Assembly: GCA_044892525.1 (NCBI GenBank)
Contig: CM097885.1
Location: forward strand, 235,414,001-235,478,000
Direction of reading: 5' to 3'
Source: Schmidtea polychroa
Taxonomy: Eukaryota
DNA: 64,000 bases
In this document: positions 53,924-62,900 of the stretch, one piece after another
Position numbering within the stretch: the stretch's first letter is position 1
Layout of the letters: the number at the start of each line of letters is the position of its first letter
Program-made: the position numbers and the translations under genes
Notes under the pieces: generated by a model
Told to the model about the DNA's origin: nothing
The model's input: the letters and a program-made list of their open reading frames with translations, nothing else
Databases searched by the model: none

Positions 53924-56900
53924 TTGATTCGTGTAAGCAAAGGCAACACGATATCATATTTTCATTGTAGACATCAATCCAACCAAGTCAATTCAGAACC
54001 AGCTCAAGAGGAATCCAGAGAATATACAAACAACCCAGGAAAAGCAATTCAGAACCCGCACAAAGGAAGACAATATCAAAACCGAACTCGACCAATTCAG
54101 CAGACGCTAACCGTAGAAAATCCACGTGAAAAGACAGAAAAGAGTAAAAGGAAAATCACGGATAAACCCAACCTTAGATCTTCAAGTAAGCCAGGAGACG
54201 TATTATTTTCAGGAGACGAATTAGATCAACTCAAAAGAGGACGATCATTTAGGCAGCAGAGAGGAATATCACAAGGAGCAAAAAGACCCCACAAAACACC
54301 GATATACGATCAAGAAAACCCCACAGCCGGACATACGCCCAGTCGATCTAGAAGTAGAGAAAGTCTATCCGATATAACAAACAACCTAACCGGGTCAACA
54401 GAAGAATTATCCGTCCATAATTTAGCTACATCATTAGAAAATTTAAAAGAAATTTTAGCATTTCAAGAACCAATCAAGATGAATGTAGCAAAAACCGACG
54501 AATATAAAGAAAAATTTAGAGGCGAACCGTTCAACGGGAATGCGAACAAGTTGGCAACGTTCATAACCAATTTTGAAGTCTATATCGATGTGTGTGGATG
54601 GACATCCGAAGCAATTAGTAAACGAATGCCTCTGTTTTTGTGCGATAGCGCACTCGAAGTGTATCTGGAAGCAAAAGAAAGAAATACGAAATTAGACAAT
54701 TGGGAAAACATCAAAACATTTTTGAGAAAAACATTCGGAGCCAGCAAACCGATAAATCAAGCGTTAGGTGAACTGGCAAGTAGAAAACAAAGAGCAAACG
54801 AGTCAATTACGTTATACGCAAGTGAATTGCGAAGATTGGCAAAGAAGGCCATGAACGGAAACTTGCCGGAGGAAAACTTAATTGGGTACTTCATAGAAGG
54901 ACTACGCCGAGAAGAGGTAAGGGCCTCGGTGGGATGTCAAATGTGTAAAACACTAGAGGAAGCTATAGATTGGGCCACAAGATGCGAACTACACCTCCCG
55001 GCACAAATGAATGTCATGCAAGAGGAAGGAAGAATCGCAACAGCAGCGGTGAAAACGGAAAATGGAGATAACAATAATCATGAACCAAAGATGAATCAGT
55101 TTATACCAGGTGCGCATCAAATTTTCAAACCACCACAAGGACGATCAAACGGGAATAACAGTGAACGCAACAACTCGAACAATGGGAACAACTTTAATAA
55201 TCGACGAAATATGAACGATAACAAACAATGCCGAACATGCGGTAAACCAGGACATTGGGATAGAGATTGTTACCGAAACGCAAATTGCAATAGGTGTGGA
55301 CGACGAGGACACACGGAAAATATATGCCAATCGAGAGGATGTTTTAACTGCGGGCAACCAGGTCATATCTCAAGAGACTGTCGAGAAAGGAGCCAACATC
55401 AACGACCACCACAGCGAAATAATAACTATGCACCAAATCCGCAACGACAAAGTAATCCTAGTGAGGGAAAGCAAATGAATGTGATGCAAGAAATTTCACA
55501 AATGAAGCAGATGATGCAACAAATGATGAGACCGAGACAAGAGCAAGTACCACAACAAACCCAGAATATACGCATGATGAGAAGCACCGAGAATCTTAAC
55601 AATTATGAAGTGCAACAACATGCACAAGAATGGCAAAGACTACAAGCTGAAGAAGAAAGGATAAAAAGAGAGCGAATTCAGCAGCGACAAGAACAACCAC
55701 TACGAATAAATATGATGAGGATGGTAAAGGAGATAAAGGAGCAATATTGTTACAATTACGGTAAAAATCCAAGAGTTGTACCTATGAGCGAACCAGAGAA
55801 ACCGAAAGAAACAATTCCAGCAGCAAAAAAGGAAAATTCAACAACACCGCTAAAAGGAAATCAGAGAATTCAGAAAATATTTTGGAAAAAGATAAAAGAT
55901 AAAATCGAAAGAGAAAATGAGCAAACAAAAACAGAAGCAGAAGCAGAAAATAACGAAAATGGAAAACAGATTAATCATCTAAAGCATAATATGATACGAG
56001 AATTAGACTCAGAGGAGCTAACGATACTCGAGAACAAAAAGTTAAAGAAAGTACCAAGAATGAAAAATTTACGAATTAATATGATGAGGACAACAAAGAA
56101 GGTGTTGTCAACAGATGACGATGAGGATTATGTGAGTAGCCTTGGTGGAGAAATGTTACAGTTAAATGAAAATATCGACCAACTAAGAGAAAAGATCGGA
56201 GCAGATGAGGATGAAAGAGAAAGCGACGTGACAAGCGAAAGCGAAGACGAGAATATCGAAATGAAATTGAGAAAAGAAAGAGAAGAAGCGATAAAACAAG
56301 TAAAGGAAATACTTCCAGTGGTAGTAAGAAACCAGGAGTTCATCGACCTTATACCATATAAACGCTTCTTACAAAAGATAATGAAACTAGAAAGAAACGA
56401 AAAAGATCTAATACCAAACGAGGAAAAAGCGATAATAAAGAAGTATATGGAAAAAATGAAACAAGCGGAGACAACACGCTATGTAATAAAAATCGGAACG
56501 AGTAAAGGACTCGAGAGAATATGGATAAAAAATGCAGTCACAGACGAGCTTTTTGATTGGATAAGAGAACATTTGGGCAGCTCGAGAAAGAAAGAGTATT
56601 TATATCAATATCAAGGAGAACAAATTAAGCCAGACATGCACCTAATAGATGCATTGATCTGGCCAGGAGAAACTCAAATATTGAAATTGTATAAAGAGAA
56701 GCAACCAGCAAATATTCACGAATGGGCTAAAGACGCCAAGGCCGAGTATGATTTTAACATCAAGCTGAAGCTGGAACAAATAAAACAATGCACCTTGCGA
56801 CGAAATCTAGATAAATTAATCAAACAAATTCAAGAACAAGTCGAAGATAACTGGGATTTACTCATAGCAAGACGAACTCCAGACATGCATGAACTAATGA

Positions 56901-59900
56901 GCCGATTACGAGATACAGAATTGCTCAGGATGAGCGATTGGAGAACCATAAATTTGATCCACAAATATGGAAGGTTGAAAGAAACGCAACCGCAGAAATT
57001 AGAAATAACCATATGGTTACCAAACGAGGAGAAACGACGAATAAAGATGAGTAATCAGAGTACGGTGGATGACTTAGTAACCAAGATAAACCAAGAGATA
57101 ACGGAAAAAGTACGAAGCGAGAGTAGCGACGGGATGATAGATGACGTAGTCATGATGTACGATAAAATAATATTACGGGCCGAAGACGACACCTCGCTAA
57201 GCGAAATGGGAATGTGGGATAATCATCAAATCATCAGAATATTGCCCATGGACGAATTCCGAACAAGAGATATAACATACCAGAAAGAAATACGAGACAG
57301 GATGAAAACGCTATATCAAAAATCAGTAGAGATAATTGAAATTCATCAACAGTGGCTAAAAGAAAAAGAGCTTCAAGGAAAAATAAAGAAACTAAGTGTT
57401 AGATCCTGCAGACGAACCCCATGGGAAAGGACGTGGAATGCGGAAAACAAAGAATGGGAAATCAGGAAAGGGATTTTCGTGGAAACAGACATTGGTGAGA
57501 TAGAAAGCGAATCAGAAGAAGAGGAAGATGAACCTCCAAAATACGAAGAGGACGAAATAGAATCGACATCGGACGACGAAAGCGAAACGGATGTTACATC
57601 AGAAAGTGAAACGGAAACCAGACATATTCATGCGATGAGAAAGAAAGAACGCGAATATGCCGATATGGACAGCGAAGAAGCGATGGAAGCTCGAGAACGA
57701 GAAGAGAAGGAAAGATATAAACAATTAGGTGATATCTTAGCAACGGGAACAAAAAATCAAAAACGTCAAGTAATAGCATTGGCTAACATCATCCTAAAGA
57801 CATCAGAGAATATCCACAATCTAAGAGAAATGGCGAAAGCGATTGAGGAATACAGACAATATAACGAATGGTACCCAGAACAGCTAGAACAAATTATTAG
57901 GAAATGGAGAAACCAAGAATGGGCACAAGATACCCAGGAAAGGTATCGTATCCGAGTCAAGTATCCCGACAAAAGCATTGAGGATACAGAAGTACATCCA
58001 ACAACAAAGATCAGAGAGTTAAAAAAGAAATTAGCATACGAAACTCCATTTCACCTACAACTATTCGGAAAATCGTTGGATGATAATGCAGATGTCGGAA
58101 TAACACCCATGAGATTGGGGGAGATCAATGTATTGACAATGGCAGAAACATTGGGAAAACCGATTAAAAGGAAGAGCAAATCCAGTAAACCTACGAAAGG
58201 TAGCTTGAGTACACCAAGCCCTAACAAAGTGGCAAGTAAAACGAATGAAACCGAGGAAATCGAGGAAATTATATTGGAAGACAGCGATGAAGGAGCTGGA
58301 GAAAGATCACCAATTCTGGTAAGATGGCCGACAGGAGCCGAAATATGGACAACAAGCCAACCGTCAACTAGCTATCAGCAGCCAAATAAGCTGAGTATCG
58401 AGGAGATTATCGATAATACAACAGAAACCGAAACCGACGAACAATTCCAACGACAGAAAGGACCAACGAAAGCAACACCAGAAGGTCAAACGGACAAAAT
58501 AATAGACGAATGGAACGAATGGCTGAGAAACAACGATAGCTCATTGCCAAGAACGGATAACGAGAGAAACCCGAATTATGAAAATACAAGGGAAGCCGGA
58601 ACAATGATGGAAAAACGGGCAAAAGGGAGACCCAAGAAGCAAGGAGAAAAACCGGAATTTAAAACTAGAGAACAACTGAAACAAGAACAAGGACAAGTCA
58701 GATTAGAGAAACTGGATAAAATAGTGTGGGATCTAAAAGAGGCCCAGCCAACTATCGAAAGAGGCGAAAAATGGATACGAGAGCTAGTAAAAGATATGCT
58801 AATAATAACGAACCCACAATTGCGACGGTTATGGCAACGAAAAGTAGCAAGCGTAGACGCCAGACAACTATGGAATACAATATCCGGAATAATTCCGAAA
58901 TTAATCAAAGAGAAGACAAAAACCACTAAAACCGATTGGGAAGAGACAAGAAGAGTAATTGAACAATTAACTTTAAACGCAAACGACGACGAACATCATT
59001 TAGTAGTATTAACGTATCTAATGTACAATTTGATGGGATTAGCAGCGAGGAAAATACCTAACAAACAATTCGCAAATCATGTAGAAATGACCGTTACAAT
59101 CATCGAAAATACAATCGAACCACATATTATCCGCGCCGGTGGGTGGAAAAGACTCATACAAGCGCCACGAAAAAACGAGCAAGAGAGATCAATGCAAATT
59201 CGGTTGAAGAAATTACTAAACAAGCTAGAATGGGAATTGCCATTGAAAGACCCAGCCAGCAGAAAAGCGTCGATTAATTCACTAATGATGACCATGATGA
59301 TATGGATGCTCTGCACCAGTGGAGCCGCGGGATTTACTATTTACGACTGTGACAATTCGATAATAGGAGAAAGATACTCCCTGAGAGATATAGAGGAATG
59401 TAGACAGGCGTCTCCGAATAAATTAGATATAGTAAAAAAGAAAGTCTCCTATCACGTATACCAAGAATCAGATTTCATTAGAACGCAAGCTAGAGAATGC
59501 GTAGTATCGAAGAAAGTGTTGGCATATTACTGTGGACAATACTCATATTCAACCCTCATATTACCTGGATTAGATAAAGAAATAGTACCTATACAACGGG
59601 AAGACTGTAAAGAGCTTTTTAGAACCGGAGCGATGAGAATCAGGGATGGAGTAACAATACACGGACAAAGCGGAATGATCAAGACGGAAAGTATCTATGT
59701 AGCCGGACGAGTAAAATCAACGGATGGATCATGTAACGGAGGCACATATACGATCAGAGGAGAGGTGATATCAGGAGTAGTAGTAATTGAGTCCTACACA
59801 GTGGAGTTGAAGGAATACGAAGCACAATTCGACGCAAACAACTATCAAATGAAAACCAACCCAGCATGCAGAGCTACGGAAAACGTGTGTAGAACGGGGA

Positions 59901-62900
59901 TTTCGACTATAATATATGAAGCTAACACCCAAAAATGCCGACTCCAATTGTTAAAAAGTGCTCTATTCAATGAAGTAAAAGGAGAAATTTACGAAAACGA
60001 GGATGACGATGAAGAGAATGGAAACGTAAGGATGCGAAATGGGAAACCAGTTCCGCCATCCCCCAAAGAAAAGAGACTCACAACCCAAAAAACACCAACG
60101 GCATTAATTACCGATGATCCAGACATCGGCATGAGATTCATTAGAGAAAAAGAGACCACCAAATGTGACAGTATAGTATACTGGACGAACTACGCAGGTA
60201 TCTACATGTCAAGGCAAGTAATAGACCGAGCAGTGGGAAAGGTAGCAACGGAGGACGTAAAATTGTACCTGTATGCCAATAATAAGATGGACTTCTTGTT
60301 CCACCGAGGACAAACGACAATGCAAAAAGTGTATTACGATCTTATACAAAATGACTGTTCATTGAATAAAGAGATACTAAAAACAAAATTAGCCATCGCA
60401 ATAACACACCCAGATAACACAATGCCATCACTCCCGTTACCGGATGGACATTTTGGTAGAATGGTGGGAGAGGTAATGTATACATATGCATGTACCAAGA
60501 CATTTGCGCGACTGCCAAGAAAGCCCACAATTCCACCAGGGAAATGCGCAAACGAGTTGGAAATTAGTTACAAAGGGCGAAACAGATTCGTTCAACCCGT
60601 CACTCGAATCATGAACCCAATTGGATTTTATCCGAACACCTTTAACTGTTCAAATGCATACGGACCGTTATATGAAAAACCCGATGGGAAATGGATAATG
60701 TTACCAGTAAAAACCGAAGTACAAGAGCCTAAAAAGTTTGGACTAATAGAACTCGCAACAGAACAAGATTTCAAACCAATTGATGTGTCAAAAGCAGGTA
60801 TGTACTCACCAGAGGATTTAGAAACGGCACGATTAAACGTATTATTCCCAGCAAGACGGGAATCCATTCTATCGAATATGGTTACCATAACTGGGGGAAC
60901 GAATTTCCAGTCAGGCCCCAATTACGAACTATTATTGTCACCTGATCATTTTCAACAAGCCACGTCAAACATGATGAAAGCAATGTGGGGAAGATTTCTA
61001 GTGTTCGGTCAAATGATGGCAGGAATATTGGGAATCATTCTTATTATCCAGATAGTTAGAGTAATATTGACTCAAATGTTAGCGTGTTTTGATATCTATA
61101 AGAGAGAAAAGAAGGTAAATTGGAAATTGATAGTAGGCTTTCTACCATTTTTGGCAAAAACAATGGTGTTGCACGGTCATTCTAAAGACATACATAGAAT
61201 AAAACGATTGATCAAAATACTGACAAAAATAAAAGGAACTGACGAGGAAGTCGGTAGACGATTTCGGAAAACAATGTATGATGAAGCAACAAGGACGCAA
61301 CTGAAAAAGAACAAACCAAAATTCTTAGACAGATTTAGGAATCGATCAAACAGCAGCGATAGTGATGATGACGACAACGGGAATGACAAATACCCATATC
61401 CAAGTAGAAACCCGAATGAAAAGCCAATAGAAACAGCACCATATTGGGAGAAAGAAAAAACAAATACCTGGATAGCCAACGGAAGTTATATACCACCAGA
61501 TATCGTTGGACAACAAACAGCTTTGACCATGACACAAAATATGTATCCACAGTTACCAAGTCAACCAGGGATGAACTATATGCCGACCCGAAGAACGAAA
61601 AGTGTAGACCAAGCGGACGACGTAAGAACGATAGCAGTGATGAGTTCACCAGGAGGTGCGGCAGTAACAGTCATGATCCAAATCAACGGGAAAGAGACAA
61701 GCGCAATGATAGATACCGGAGCAAACGTATCAGCAATAGCAATAAACCAAATACCCAGTAAATGTTGGAAAGATATCGAACAAACAACTATCCATATTAT
61801 TGCATGCAGTAAAGAAACCGTAGACGTAGTAGGAAGATGGTGGACTACGTTACGATATCAGGATAACGAAATTGAAACGTATCTAGCGGTGATACCCAAA
61901 CTGAGTGAACCATGTATAATCGGAACGGATTTAATGCCGGAATTGTTTAAGGAAGTAGTAATCGATTTAACAACAATGTGTCTAAAAGACAAAATGGGTA
62001 GAATATGCAAGATGAACGCAATAATTAGATGTCCGGAGAAAATAATTGTACCCGCAAAATCACAGATGATATGTCAAATAAAAGTGGATGCAGGAATGGA
62101 AGGAGAAGTCATTTTTGAGCCAAGCAAATCATTCGAAAAACGACGAGAATTACCATTAGCAAGAGAAATAATAACAATAAATGAAGACGGGGAAATACCA
62201 ATTAACATCACAAATTTCGAGGAAGAAGACAAGATCATATATGAAAATGAAAGATTGGGTAGATTGACACCCATGATAGACATCGAATTACCAAAAATCA
62301 CCAACGAAACAACGAAAGCGGACGAATTATGGATAATTGATAGCACCTTGCTAACGGAAAAAGAAAAGGAGAGACTTCAACAATTATTGATAGAATATAA
62401 AGATATATTCGCAATTTCGGATTTAGATTTGGGAGCATGCGATGTTACACTACACGCAATACCATTAATAGACGAAACTCCAATCGCACTACGTCCATAC
62501 AAACTAGCAGAGAAGCAAAAAGAGATAGCCGAAGCAGAAGTACAAAAAATGCTAGATGCACAAGTGATCGAACCAAGTTGTTCGCCATGGCAATTTCCAG
62601 TAGTCATGGTGAAGAAAAAAGACGGTACTCAGAGATTCTGTATCGATTATCGGAAATTAAATGCAGTAACAAAAAGAGACACATACCCTTTACCAGACAT
62701 CAATGAGATGTTACTTATGTTACAGGGGGCCGCATATTTTACATCTTTAGATCTGAAAAGTGGATATTGGCAGATCAAAGTCAAGGAGGAAGACAAAGAG
62801 AAAACAGCATTCACATTGGGCCGAGATCTATACCAATTCAGGAAAATGCCGTTCGGACTGACCAATGCCCCAGCATCATTCCAGAGATGTATGAATTTTG

